Below are positions 1-11,993 of a stretch of DNA of 64,000 bases, one piece after another (the stretch's first letter is position 1; each line of letters opens with the position of its first letter). Under the pieces are notes generated by a model that worked only from the letters and a program-made list of their open reading frames with translations, did not search any database and was not told the DNA's origin. The DNA is from Jimgerdemannia flammicorona (taxonomy: Eukaryota), in assembly GCA_003990765.1 (NCBI GenBank), contig RBNJ01000004.1, positions 1 through 64,000 of the forward strand. Direction: 5' to 3'. Made by a program: the position numbers and the translations under genes.

Positions 1-1269
1 GCAGCTTGGAAATTATACTCAGGGCCCCTCCTCTCTCGGATGTTTTGTCTACGTGCGTAAGATAGTCCTGAACAGCGAGGTTCAGTACGTGGGCCTGGCA
101 TCGCACATGGCAGCTTTCTGCACTGAAGGCCATGTTTTCCTGTTTGAGGCTGGCTGCTAAACCTTGGAAAAATGTTGAGTTGTTTGTGGCATTGTCCATC
201 GTAATGGCCAAAATCTGTACTTGAAATATTTGGTTGACAAATTTATGTGAAAATAAGTAACCAATAAAATCTGGTTTGGTTTAGGACCTCCCTCAAAACG
301 CCGACCTGACAGCAAGCCCCCCTTTTTTACCTTGGTGGTGATCCCAAGCTCCCAGATACAACTAATAAAAGCATCTGTGATGTTTTCTCCAGAATGAGGG
401 CCAGCAAGTTTGACGAAGTCAAGGGTGAGAGATTTAAGCTGCCAATCGAGGTCAATCCAATGACCGGTAATGCCCAGAAACGAAATTGCATTGGGGGATG
501 TCCATGTGTCAATCGTAAATGAAATTTTGCCTGCCAAATTCTGCTCATTGAATGTGAGGTTAAATTGGTGAGCTCTTTTGTATAATTCAGCTTGCAAAGG
601 TCACAGTGCTGCCCTTATTTTACCTGAAGTGTCTGGCGAAGATTGTCGTACTCCTTCCTATAGGCCTCCAGGACATCTTTGCAAATAGTATCGGCACTTG
701 GCAAATATAAATCGTGCTTAAGGAGACCAAAGATGCTATGCAATTGATCACTCTCAATGGTTGTGAATGGCTGGTCTGTGCACACAATCCAGCGAATGAG
801 CCGATTTTGAAATTCTGCCAAAGAGTATGGCTAAAATTTTTGATTAAATGGCATTGTTGGTACAGAAATGGTCAGGCAATCGGATAAACGTACCCACCAC
901 AGCTTGGATGTTGATTTTATTTGTCTCCGTGTTCTTTTTGATTTTGTCAGAGTGCTTGTCTTTTATGTGTCGATTCATGTTCGAAGTCATACCCCCAAGC
1001 ATTTTGAACTTCTGGCTGGTGCAGTTCATGGGGGTGGATGAAACAATATCATGTGTGTGTCAAACAATATCATGTGTGTCAAAACAAGGTGTCAATAGGT
1101 GCGTCTTAATTTTTTACCTGCAATAATTACAAACAACATCATCTCCTATCTTAGTACAATGTTGCCAGATTTCGGAGTGAGGATTGTGTTGAAGGTGTGG
1201 AACTATCAGGGATGTTTGACTTGAAGCATCATCGGTACTGTGAACTGTTGAAGACTGATCTGTCGACAT
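1..1269 (-). CDS. hAT transposase with BED zinc finger (spliced, 3'-partial)
   Basis: Putative ATG at 1269. Exon SEIWQHCTKIGDDVVCNYC, GT-AG intron 1016-1117, then QKFKMLGGMTSNMNRHIKDKH form a BED finger. Later exons give RWIVCTDQPFTTIE..LPSADTI, ISFTIDTWTSPNAISFLGITGHWID (first catalytic Asp), GPHSGENI, ITMDNA and CHVRCQAHVLNLAVQD. Start codon and some junctions are inferred. Confidence 0.85.
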
Positions 1270-1367
1270 GTGTGTTTGCATGTTTGCATGTGCATGTGTA
1301 TGCGTGTGTGTGTATGTGTGTGTGTATGTTATGTTGTGAATGCGTCCGGCATATGAGTCATGTGGAG

Positions 1368-1800
1368 GATTTGGATTGAAGGATTCGGTTGAAGGATTCG
1401 GATGAGGATTCGGATTGAAGGATTCGAATTGGAGGATTCGAATTGGAGGATTCGAATTGGAGGATTCAAATTGAGTGATTCAGATTGAGTAATTCAGATT
1501 GAGTAATTCGGATTGAGTGATTCGGATTGAGTGATTCAGATTGAGTGGTTCGGATTGGAGTGGTTCGGATGGGTGATTCGGATGGGTGATTCGGATGGGG
1601 CGATTCGGATGGGGCGATTCGGATTGAGTGATTCGGATTGAGTGATTCGGATTGGGGTGGTTCGGATGGGTGATTCGGATGGGGCGATTTGGATGGGGCG
1701 ATTCAGATTAAATCCGAGTGGATCCAGATGGCTTCAGATTTGAGATTCGAATCAAACTGTCATGTGACGAATCGAATCCGGATTTGATTCGAATTGACTC
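1368..1800. repeat. Subterminal tandem array of about 12-13 bp units (GATTCGGATTGA/GATTCGAATTGG variants) of the hAT element
   Basis: Dozens of adjacent degenerate GATTC-core units with no unique spacers, lying between the TIR and the transposase start. Confidence 0.85.
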
Positions 1801-2059
1801 ATTCGGAGCACTAATTATAATAAATTTTTTGGAAATTTAGAGAAGTAAAAAAAATCTGTAGATATTTTGTATATTTGGTAACTGATTTTTATATTATATT
1901 ATAGTTTTTGAATATTTTATAGAAGTTTGATAAATATAGTATTCTTTTTTTGAGTTTTTTTTCTGCCAAAGAATTGTTCTTTTTGGTGAACTTATTAATT
2001 TGTACTAGTTGACTCTTAATTTAGTTTAGAAGAATTTACTGAGATTTTAGCTCTTGAAG

Positions 2060-2317
2060 CAAATTTGAGCTAGTTTGATTTGGGTTCAAATTAACCCAAA
2101 CTTAATATATAATGAATTTAAATTTGAACTGATTCAAATTCATCACATGATAAATTTAAACTGATTTGAATTTATCACATAATGAATTTAAACTGATTTG
2201 AATTCATCATATGATAAATTTGGATTAGTTCAAATTTATTATATAATGAATTTGAATTAGCTCAAATCAGACATATAGTTGGCAAATTTGAATTTCTCTA
2301 ACTCAATTGGAGTACTA
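2060..2317. mobile_element. Degraded hAT-like terminus with subterminal repeats
   Basis: Ends CTCAATTGGAGTACTA (reverse complement TAGTACTCC, like the hAT TIR). Preceded by about five degenerate copies of roughly GAATTTAAACTGATTYRAATTCATCACATGAT. Strongly AT-shifted. Confidence 0.55.
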
Positions 2318-3080
2318 CTTCTCAGATTATATATTACTATATTATAATAACTTAAATATAAAAAATTATTAAAAATACCAAAATAAATAATATATAAATT
2401 TATATATTATAATAATAAATTAAGAAATATAAATATAAAATACTTAAATATACTTTTTATTTTAAAGTAAAATATTTCTTAAAGTATATAACTTAATAGA
2501 TAGAAATTCTGTATATAGTTTTTTTATTATTATATAACATAGCATGTATATATGAAAGAAAGGAAGAATAGAGTTACATAAAGCAATATGACAATAAGTT
2601 CACATATACATTAGTCATTGATAGCCAATAAAAACATAACCATCATACATCCAATGGTATGCATCCAATGGTAGAGCGGTAGAGCCCGCATCCTCAGACG
2701 GCCCCAGCACTATAGTCCACAATCATGGGCATTCTGCTATTTGAAGAGCTCTCATCAATTTAGTGCAGTATCGCGTGCAGTCCAAAACAACACGACAAGG
2801 CGTGTGCCATCCCCAAAAACAAAACTTCCACGCTACAGATTAAAAAAAAAAAAAAAAAAAAGCATTGCGGAATATCTGCCCTGCTTCTAAAACTGCACCG
2901 TTGTATTACATCAAGTCACCCCAATGACAAATGCAATAAAAAGTTTTTCAAGACCTTTAAACGCCTTCCTTTTCCTCAGATGTCCCACCAATCACAACCA
3001 CCCTATCCGTTACCCTACGCACGCCGCATCGAACCGAGTTCACCACACACACTCCCCTCGATCCAAACGCCCCGCCTCAC

Positions 3081-4154
3081 CTAGGCCGGCGCGGTGACCT
3101 GCCCGCCCTGGGAAATCTTGTCCTGCATGACGCTGACGAGGGCTGCGCAAAAGAAAGAAGTTTGGTACGGTGTAATTAGGGACATTTTGGGTGGATTGCC
3201 ACGCTCGCTCATCCTTCAAAATCCGATCGATCGGATACAAAGAGATTCTCCCATCTCACCTCGCAGGTTATTCTGCTTGCCCGAGATGGCTTGCTGTAGC
3301 TTATCCACGTTGCCTTTGACGTATTCGATCTTGGCCTTGTAGAACTTGATCGCATCCTTGGTAGACTGGGTAAGGGGCGCAGAAATGTAATGTTGGTGTT
3401 AGGTTTCCCTATCCCACCCACAATCTTCTCCACCTCCCACATCCACTCTCCCCTCACCAATGAAACAAATACACGAAATAAAACATTCATCTCTGCATAC
3501 CTTCTCGACGTAGTAGCCCGTGCCGATGTCTACAATCACATTATCGACGTCCGCAAGCTGCCCTGGGACATAGAGGTTCAACGCGGTCAAGGATGCAAAA
3601 TGCTTTTTGTAGCGCTGAAATTCGTCGATGCTCCATATCCAAGATCCCACTGGATGCGTCGCCGATTAGCGCGTGACCGGCGCCTGACAATTACATTCAA
3701 GAAGCAGAACATAATCATACGCCCAATTATTTCCAAAGTAGGACGTGTTGAAGGATATAGATGATGTCAGAGGGACGAGGATGGTTTTGTCTGTGGTTAG
3801 TTTTGGAGGCCACGTGCGTCAAGGGATGATTAATATTGGATTGGTCAAGTCGCTTTCGAACAAAGCGATTTTTTGGAGCTCACCAGCATTCTTGGGCGTA
3901 AGGTTGTCGACGCTGTCAAGGCAGTCGGCGAACTTGGCCTGGGCCTGCTTCAGCTGGCCGTAAGAGCTGGTCAGGTGGGAGAATTCCTGGGCGGTGGGAA
4001 GAGTCGACGTGTATTGTCAGATTCACGAAATGTCCGTCCCGACCAAATAACAAACGACGACGTTTGAGCTCGTATAATGTACCTCTTCGAGCTGTTGCTT
4101 GACCTGCTGCAGCTGAGGCAACTCAAGGTCAGAGAGTTCGATCTGTCCAGCCAT
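3081..4154 (-). CDS. PFDN5: Prefoldin subunit 5 (alpha-type prefoldin, GIM5/PFDN5 ortholog), 6 exons, 149 aa
   Basis: Exons 4154-4083, 3986-3884, 3790-3759, 3575-3501, 3365-3260 and 3142-3081 sum to 450 nt in frame. They translate as [110 protein letters not shown]...[32 protein letters not shown] and [11 protein letters not shown] are prefoldin-5 signatures. Confidence 0.95.
3576..3758 (-). other. U12-type (minor spliceosome) AT-AC intron, intron 3 of the prefoldin 5 gene
   Basis: 5' splice site |ATATCCTT (3758-3751). Branch point TCCTTGAC lies about 10 nt upstream of the 3' end, which is ...GTTGAAC|. Removal joins TSS|LYVP in phase 0. Confidence 0.92.
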
Positions 4155-4415
4155 GGCTATGATGTGAGTGTGGAGTGTTTGTTTTCGGACAGAGGGCGGG
4201 CCTGAAATAGGCAAGCCACCAGCAGGTAATCGTCGTCATGCTTGGCAGGCTGGTGGTTCGATTTAGAACATAACCCTTGAAATAAAAATTCTCGCCCCCG
4301 TTCCTTTAACAGACAACCAAAGTCAAATACATAAATAAATACTCCTCAACTCAACCTCATAAGACATACACAAAGACACCACACCCACCACTCTTAAACT
4401 TCCCTCCCAATCCAC
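4155..4415. promoter_or_regulatory. Short divergent (bidirectional) promoter region
   Basis: Only 261 bp separate two head-to-head start codons. AT-rich ATAAATAAAT at about 4331 and an A/C-rich leader precede ATG 4416. Confidence 0.5.
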
Positions 4416-5111
4416 ATGGACCACATTCAGCGCCGAGCCTCCCGCGGCCTCGACCGCCTACAACGCGAAATCAACCGCCTGGACCGCACGTTAGACCGAT
4501 CCTCCGACCATCCACATTCGCATTCGCATTCGCATTTTCGCATACGTGACAACACAGGTCTCCGCACCGCGATCATCTCCGCTGTGGACACCGCCGCCTC
4601 GCGCATAACCGCCACGATTCAGCAACCACACTACAACACCCAACAGCAGCCCGTCATCTACGTCGAGAGGCCTCCCAGCCACCCAGGCCCTGCGTACATA
4701 CCGACGGCGCCGAACTTCGTGAATGCTCAGCAAAACCCAGGACACTACTATCAATACCCGCCGCCCGCCGCGCCGCCCATGATGCCCCTACAGCAGATGG
4801 TATCCCCACCACCGATGCACGGGCAAACGGAGTCTAACTTGCTGCTGCAGGCGCCATACTCACCCGCGGATGAGCCGGGGAAGAGGTCGGAGGGGGAGCA
4901 GGAACCGCATATGTATGCCCATGGGTCTGCATACCCGCATCCGCATCCACATCCGCATCCGCATCCGCATCCGCACCCGCACCCGTATGTACCGGCGGGG
5001 GTACCAGTGAGTGAACAGGAAGATGTGCCGCCGCCTCCGTATTCGCGCTATGCGGAGTTTCCGTTGGCGGGCCCACCGGTGGCGCCTGGGGGTGGCGGAA
5101 GGGGAGTATAG
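4416..5111 (+). CDS. Hypothetical Pro/His/Gln-rich, probably disordered protein (231 aa) with HP repeats and a PPPPY (PY) motif
   Basis: Uninterrupted GC-rich, CpG-retaining ORF with a good ATG context (CACATGG). Predicted N-terminal helix, (HP)n tract and C-terminal PPPPYSRY. Confidence 0.7.
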   Translation: MDHIQRRASRGLDRLQREINRLDRTLDRSSDHPHSHSHSHFRIRDNTGLRTAIISAVDTAASRITATIQQPHYNTQQQPVIYVERPPSHPGPAYIPTAPNFVNAQQNPGHYYQYPPPAAPPMMPLQQMVSPPPMHGQTESNLLLQAPYSPADEPGKRSEGEQEPHMYAHGSAYPHPHPHPHPHPHPHPHPYVPAGVPVSEQEDVPPPPYSRYAEFPLAGPPVAPGGGGRGV

Positions 5112-6740
5112 TTGGGCTTGCATGCGGGAAATGGGTCATCCGTATTTTTTTACATTACTATTTGGTGGGGAATATATGTGTACAATACAACAGTGTAATA
5201 TACAATTTTTTTTCATATAGGATAGATAATTGGAGTCATTACGAACGCTTATTAATTTTACATGTTCTTTGCATCATGCAAAGATTCAATAACAGTTTTG
5301 GATTATTTTTTTATTTTTTAGCCTTCTTCATGCATGTACCTATCGCATCCCGAGCCGGAAATAGCCGACCATTTCGTATAGGATATGTGGATGTTGAATT
5401 ACCTCGAACGCTTTATGTATAGTATTACCAGTCGCATTATACAAGATTCAATAGCAACTCTCTGGATTAATATTTTAGTTGTTTCCTTTCCGTGCGCAAA
5501 ACCCCAAAACGGCATTCGAGTAGCGTTAAAAAGTCCGGAGGAAGGTATTATTAATAAGGATGCAGTTCAGAATTCCTCGGTCGTGGGCAGTCGTGACCCA
5601 TTTTTTCTGGAATATTATTGTCCACTTGTTTGTCTTCATTACCACCTCGCTATACGGTATACCAGATCTTGAGATTTCGGTTATTAGTTTAAGTATTGGG
5701 CACATTGCAGAGATTGAAGGGCGTCACTCGCTTGTTTGACCTATATATTATCACCTTGCACGTCCCCCAACTTCCACGTTCGCTCGTTTGTCTGACTTCC
5801 ACCATCGCTTGTTTGTCCCAACTTCTACCATCGCTCACTCTTTCATTCACCATGGCTCTTTCATCCCTGACTTCCACCATCACTATAACAAAATTACATC
5901 CCAACATCACAAAGGATGATGTCATCAAGCTGACATCATTGGATTCATGTTACCAGTAAAGTTATGTGCTAGAAAACTCAAGAATATTAGTGATTTTATA
6001 CTAATTTCAGCCCTCTTCAGCTGATGACATCATAGTAGTTACACTAGTCTCTATACTAGTCTAGTGTATGACTTCACTGACATTACTATAGATATACCTC
6101 AAAAATAAACTAAAGATGCTAAAAATAGCACAAGACTAAATTAGTTTATGACTCTATTGATGTTATAAGCTAAAATAGTCTACAATATTATAAGAACTAG
6201 AGTATATCAAATTAGCTATTGATATTATCAGTCTTCTGATATATATCATAAGCTAGTAGGATCTTTAAGATCAGTGACTTTATGAGCCAAAATAGATTAT
6301 AATAAACTATGAAATCATGATTACTATATATTAAAATAATTTGTTTAATAAACAAATAAAAGGTCAGCAATTAGCTCTAGAAAATAATCAATCAAATAAT
6401 AGTTATATAAACTTATAGATATATACTCTCAAAAAATAACCTAAAATATAAATAAATCATATTCTTTCTTTCTGAATATACATATCTATACAGCCCTTTG
6501 GAAAGCAGTCTTTGATCATCAATATCAATACTACTGGAAATATATTGATCTTGATACTTATAATAAGAGTAGTTTTTAGAAATTACTAATAAAATTACTA
6601 CTAGAATATAGTTAGTCATAAGATACTTCTAAATATTAAGAAACTAGTAAGCTAGTAGACTCTTAGTAAAGAGTAGTATAACTCTATCAAAGGTGATAAA
6701 TAAATATAATATCTCTATATTCAAATAGCATACTTTAATT

Positions 6741-7073
6741 TATACCTATTAATTACTCTGAAAAATACCCTATATTATTAGTAGTATAAAAGAAGTAACT
6801 TCTATAGAAATTAGTAGTCTTGATAACTAATTGATAAGTTAAATTGAGCTAGATCTTATTAATAACTTTAACCTATAAGAGTAATATAATAATGATATTA
6901 TTCTTATATAGCCAAGCATCATTATTATAATATTCTTATAGATTAAAGTCATTTATAAGATCTAGCTCAATTTGACTTATCAATTAGTCATTAAGACTAC
7001 TAATTTCTACAGAAGTTACTTCTTTTATATCACCAATAGTATAGGGTATTTTTCAGAATAATTAATAGGTATA
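6741..7073. mobile_element. Foldback/MITE-like element: 156 bp inverted arms with a 21 bp spacer
   Basis: 6741-6896 is the reverse complement of 6918-7073, with 14 mismatches by manual count (12 transitions). TA at both ends. Confidence 0.85.
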
Positions 7074-7076
7074 GAC

Positions 7077-7375
7077 TAATACTCTCAATAAATCAAATCA
7101 AAGGTTCAATTTGATTTGATTTGAATTGAATCAAAGAATTAATTTAATTTGATCAAAATATAAAAACTTAATGAAAATACATCCAAATTTAATGATTTTT
7201 AGCTTATTAAATTTCTCTATATAAGAGAAATCTAATAGGCTAAAGATCATTAAATTTGGATATATTTTTATTGAGTCATTATATTTCAAAAAATAGAGTT
7301 CAAATTAGATTCTCAATTTAATTTAATTTTTAATTTAATTTGATTTAAATTGATTTAATTTATTTGAGAGCATTA
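7077..7375. mobile_element. Degraded hAT-type MITE related to 38417-38840
   Basis: Ends TAATACTCTCAATAAATCAAATC and TTGAGAGCATTA match the TAGTGCTCTC TIRs after transitions. It has the same internal CATCCAAATT...AATTTGGAT hairpin. No clear TSD. Confidence 0.7.
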
Positions 7376-10300
7376 CTCATTAGTCTATTCTAAGCATCTA
7401 CTTCTTAGGTTCAGATATTTATAAATATTTAGCTATAAGGATTTTCTATATTAGCTAATATGAGACTGATCTTACTAGTATTATTATTATCATCTGAATT
7501 TAAGACTCTAAAAGAGATTTTAACCCCTTTTACATAAGTTTATTACTATTATATAATATAATATATTACATTATAAAATCTCAGTTAAAATCAAGAATAA
7601 TTATCTCATAGTTAATATATGAAAATAATATCAAAAAATAGCATTATTATAACTTAGTAATGATACTATTATAGTGTAACTTTTATATCATTTCTAGTGA
7701 CCTTCTGTCTTATATCTTTTAGCCAATAGTTAGTTAATATCTAAAGACCTTCAAAATATATAAATATCCTCAGAGAAGTAACTCAATAAAGAACAGAATA
7801 TTTAATTTAAAAAAAGAGAACAATTAAGACTTAAAGTCTATAATATATAGATAAATCTCTAAATAATCTTAAATTAAAAGACTATATCTAAAATTAGATA
7901 TTCTGAAGTCTATAAATACTTGAATTCTGAAGAATCTAATATAATTCTCAGAACTAGACTATATCTAAAAAGGATATATTAAAAGACTTAGACTTTAAAG
8001 AATTAAAGTTTATAATTGTCAAATTGATATTTAAGTCTATTAGAAGGAGACTAGATTAATTAGACATATATATAACAGATAGTATTTAGACATTAAGACA
8101 GCTTACTTCCTCAAGCTATAGATATCTAATATAACTTTAAGTTATTGAAATGAAGAATTATTAACTTAAAGAATATAATTACTATAATAGTAAAGATATA
8201 CTATTATAATTAATAGTAGTGAAATCTATAAGCTAATCTGGTATAAGATAAATAAAGAATTGTTAAACAGCCTATAAGCTATTATTAAATATATTCTTTA
8301 GAAAGTGACTAGATACCCTGAACTCTCAAATAAGAGGAAAATAGAATATAAAGACTATTGTTGACTAGGAAAGCTAATATAAAGAATAGCATTAAGAACT
8401 TATTGAATATTCTGCTCAAAATTTATATTCAGAACTCTATAAACTACATTCAGTATTAAGACGAGATAAAGATCTTTAGATAAAGTTTTATAGACTTATA
8501 AGATAATATATATATAGAGTAAAAATATCTAAATCAGTTACTTAAGTAATATAATAATTTCTTGAATTAATCTCTATTGAAATAAGAACTACTGTTCTTT
8601 AGTAAATTAATTTTCCTAACTATTACTCTACTAAAAGAAAGAGTCATCTTTACTTTAGATATTTAAGTTATAAGACTAACTATATATAAGAATTATAAAG
8701 ACTAGAAACTTTTGAGATAACTACTTAAGAAATTCTACAAGAAGGATACACAATCTATTTTGATATTCAATAAGAACCAGACATCTCTTCTGTACTTAGT
8801 TCAGAAAGAGACTGAATAGAATATTTATCTACTAGATAATAGATACTAGTAAAAAGATAACCTCTAGAATTAATAAGTCTAAGACCTAATGTAAATTTAC
8901 TAGAAGCTAGAAAATTACTTAAAACCCTTATCTCAGAACTTTATATACCTTTACACTCAGTACCTGTTTCTTACTCAGGACCAAAACTTGATCTAGAAGA
9001 TGGATATTTAGATTCTGAATCTAAACTACCAGTAGAAGATCTTTCTAAAATAGAAAGACTAACAGATACATTATCTAAAAGGAAGAAGAAAGCAATAGAT
9101 CTCTTAGAAGAAAAAGATCTTAAAAGACTTTTTGAAGAAAACTCTAAAGACTTAGATAAAACCTTTAAAGAACTAGAGTTTATACCTAACTCAGTAGCCT
9201 CAATAATGACTACTGATATATTAATAAGACAACTAGTAGCATTAGCTAACCTAGTAGAACAAATAGCAATTATGAATTAACCAGTTAAAATATTATCAAT
9301 TTATACTTTTGGAGGAATATTTATAGATTTATCAGGATTTATAAGTATAGTAGATAATAGATATAAGTACAATAGTTAGAATGATCAAAGAAACTCAGAT
9401 ATTACTCTAATAAAGAATATATTATATACTATAGAAGAAGTCTTTACAAAAGTTTAAGCTCAAACTGCTAAAGTAGCTATATATTTTTAAGATTTAGCTA
9501 CTCTCTGATATCATAACTTAAATCCTAAACTTCTTACTTGAGAAGACAGAATTGGAGTAACTAAATAAGATACTACAGAAGACCAACTAGGATATCTATA
9601 TCTCTGAAGTAAGAGGACTTAAATATCTTCTAAAATGATATTTCTTAAGTCTCTTACTTATAGATATAAGAGTATAATTAGAAATTATGAAATGAGAAAA
9701 ATATAGCAAAGAAAACCTAAAAGCCTTTATAGCAAGAATGGAAGTCTTCTTGAATATATTAGGAATTTCTTATAATTCTAATAATAATACCTCTAATAGA
9801 ACTAGAGCAAATTACTTTATTTAAAGAATTTCTTCATAATTAGTCAGAAGAGTCAAGAAAATGAGAATTTCTACAGATTATTCTCATAATCAATAGTACT
9901 TTAGACAAGTAGTATCTAGAGTAAGAATGGTTTTAGTAGTATCTGCTACTATGATCAAATCTAGAGAACAGAATAATATAAGAAACTCTGAGTAAACTTC
10001 AAGTAAATTCTATCAAAACTCTAGAAAAAGGAATTGGAATAAAGAAACTCTAATACTTAAGAAACTCACTTCTTAAAAACTTTCTCTAAAATAAAGAGAC
10101 AGGCTTAGAAAAGAAGATAAATATTTTTATTATAAAAAGATAGAATATATATCTAATATCTATCCAGAGAAAAATAAAAATATTTCTTCAAGATCTTCAA
10201 CTATCTTAGTTATTAATACTATTTCTGAGATCAAAGAAGTTATTAGATTTAAAAAGCTTTATTATAAAGTAATTATTCTTACTAAGGTTTATCTAATAGA

Positions 10301-10402
10301 TATAGAATATAACCCTATAATACTATCTTATAGACAATACTACCAGAAAAATCTCAAGTAATAAAAACTGATATAGCTATATAAATACCTCAAGATACCT
10401 AT
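7376..10402 (+). mobile_element. Very degraded Ty3/Gypsy remnant (F): possible LTR end/PBS at about 7651-7665, pre-gag ORF, gag, zinc knuckle, start of protease
   Basis: TTATA-ACT-TAGTAA at 7647-7660 mimics the TTACA-ACT-TGGTAG junction of family B. LSIYTFGGIFIDLSGFISIVDN (about 9295-9360) resembles B gag LSLPTFNGTVQEVQSFISIVDT. Knuckle remnant at about 10122-10170. Interrupted by A1. Confidence 0.55.
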
Positions 10403-11873
10403 TGTAACAGTGACCCCAGAATGATGACATCAGCACAGGAGACAATCTTTCTTTACAAGCCACCAGATCAGAGTACAAGAAGATCATACGGCATACAAGA
10501 TGAGCAATGATGACCAACTGTGAGTCATTGTGACTACAGCACAAGCATCCTGAAGAATATAAAAGAAGGATCAAGGAACCACAGTAGCAACAACCAATAA
10601 AAACCATCAATCCCAAAATAGCTCAAAGACTTACCACAAACAAAATGCCTGCTGCCCACCAAACCTCAAGATTAAGGAATCATCAAGGTATCTCAGTTGA
10701 GGAAAGGATATTCCAAGACATCAGAAGAGCCATGAGGACCTGCTCAAGAAGGACTCCTAGTGTCAACCTGGGTACTGCAGACCCCTATCACTTCATTCTC
10801 TACCACTACGAAATGGAAACAAGGATCACCATTACCACTGAATGCCTCCAAATGTGGCAGGAATACGAAATAGGAAACCTCCTCTACTGAGAGTTCCCAC
10901 AGGCCAGTTCTCAAGAGCTACAAGATGCCACTCCCATGGATCTATGTGAGGCAAGGACAGCAAAGAAGATACATCAGATATTCAGGCATGCACCATGGTT
11001 GATCCCCAACTTGGAGTATGTTAGAGTCTCAGACTTCAGAGATCTGTCATCCTGCCATATCAATGCACTAGAAGCCAGGGTAGCCACAGAAGCCCAGTCC
11101 ACCATCACCCTCAATAGCAAAGAAGTAGAAGACTTCTGGTACCCTATCCTTCAGGACAACCCAGACCAATTTCTGCAAGGATTGATCTCAGTATTCCAAG
11201 GCCCAAGCATTTGGGTTAGATCTCCCCAAGACCCCACATTTGTCCCCTATTTTGTAGAAGAGAACCTCATAGACTAGAGAGCTCCAGATCTTGACCCCGA
11301 TTTCTCTGCCAAACGTGATGATGTCATCGGCGATGACATCATCCTGCATGACATACCCGAAGCATGTGAAGAACATGAAATGCATGACAACAAAGTACGC
11401 GAGACATGTGGCCTACATGACGAATTCACAGACCTCATCTCCTTCAGTAATGATGATGATGGAGCTCCCATGGTCCTGAACTTCCTGCTCTAAGTTCTTT
11501 GTTATCCTGGATAATGCCAGCACTGGTATTCTCATGTAATACTGGATAATGCCAGCCCTGGAACTTAGTAGTTTTAGTTATTGGAATTTATATTTAGCTT
11601 TATATCTTAGCAACCATTAAATTATATTTTGTATAAATACCTCTCTTATTTCTTCTGAAATAAAGTCAGTCAAGTTCTAGTTTCACTTACATACACTTCC
11701 TTGCAAGCAATCTAAGAGATAACAAGACAGTTAAAGATAAGAAGTTTGAGGACTATAAGACCTTGGGAAGGCACTCCAATAATAACTTGCTTATAATAAC
11801 TTGAGTTAGTCTAAGAGATACATCTTGAAGAGAATCTGGTGTATTTGAAGGACTCAACAACCACTATGTGACA
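10403..11873 (+). repeat. LTR of family A (1471 bp)
   Basis: TG...CA ends. TATAAATA at about 11632 and AATAAA at about 11659. Homologous to 58760-60267. Confidence 0.88.
10645..11493 (+). pseudogene. Accessory ORF inside the family A LTR (283 codons, two in-frame stops)
   Basis: ORFs 10645-10890 and 10936-11277 are in one frame that runs to TAA 11491-11493. The TGA at 10888 is TGG in the A2 copy (59241-59243). The TAG at 11275 is TAG in both copies, so it may be the original stop. Confidence 0.75.
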
Positions 11874-11876
11874 ACT

Positions 11877-11893
11877 TGGTGCCCATTGGCTGG
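11877..11893 (+). other. Primer-binding site of family A (shared with family C); priming tRNA not identified
   Basis: TGGTGCCCATTGGCTGG 3 nt after the LTR end. The same motif occurs at 37614 and 60271. Confidence 0.75.
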
Positions 11894-11993
11894 TGATTCA
11901 AGATAAATCCCTCACTTTCAAGCTGAAAAACGAATAACCCCCACAACAACTACCCTGACTACAAGAGTCATCCCTGCAAGAATTCAAGACAAG

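Larger units (their letters stand above)
1..1813 (-). mobile_element. hAT-superfamily DNA transposon, left end plus 5' part of transposase; continues off the window start
   Basis: Minus-strand terminus TAGTGCTCCGAATGAGTCAATTCGAATC ends at 1813. Subterminal tandem repeats lie inside it, followed by transposase exons. CpGs are retained, unlike in the retroelements downstream. Confidence 0.85.

Noticed and set aside
1368-1745. CRISPR-like or telomeric array
   Set aside because: Units are about 12-13 bp, adjacent and degenerate with no unique spacers. Their position inside a hAT terminus explains them as subterminal repeats.
3040-4214. Several six-frame ORFs (3094+, 3390+, 3745+, 3873+, 3040-, 3209-) as separate genes
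   Set aside because: They are antisense or intron read-through shadows of the spliced prefoldin 5 gene.
5851-5959. RRM-like start (ITITKLHPNITKDDVIKL) of a possible decayed gene
   Set aside because: The match is too short and decays immediately into hypermutated sequence, so it cannot be supported.
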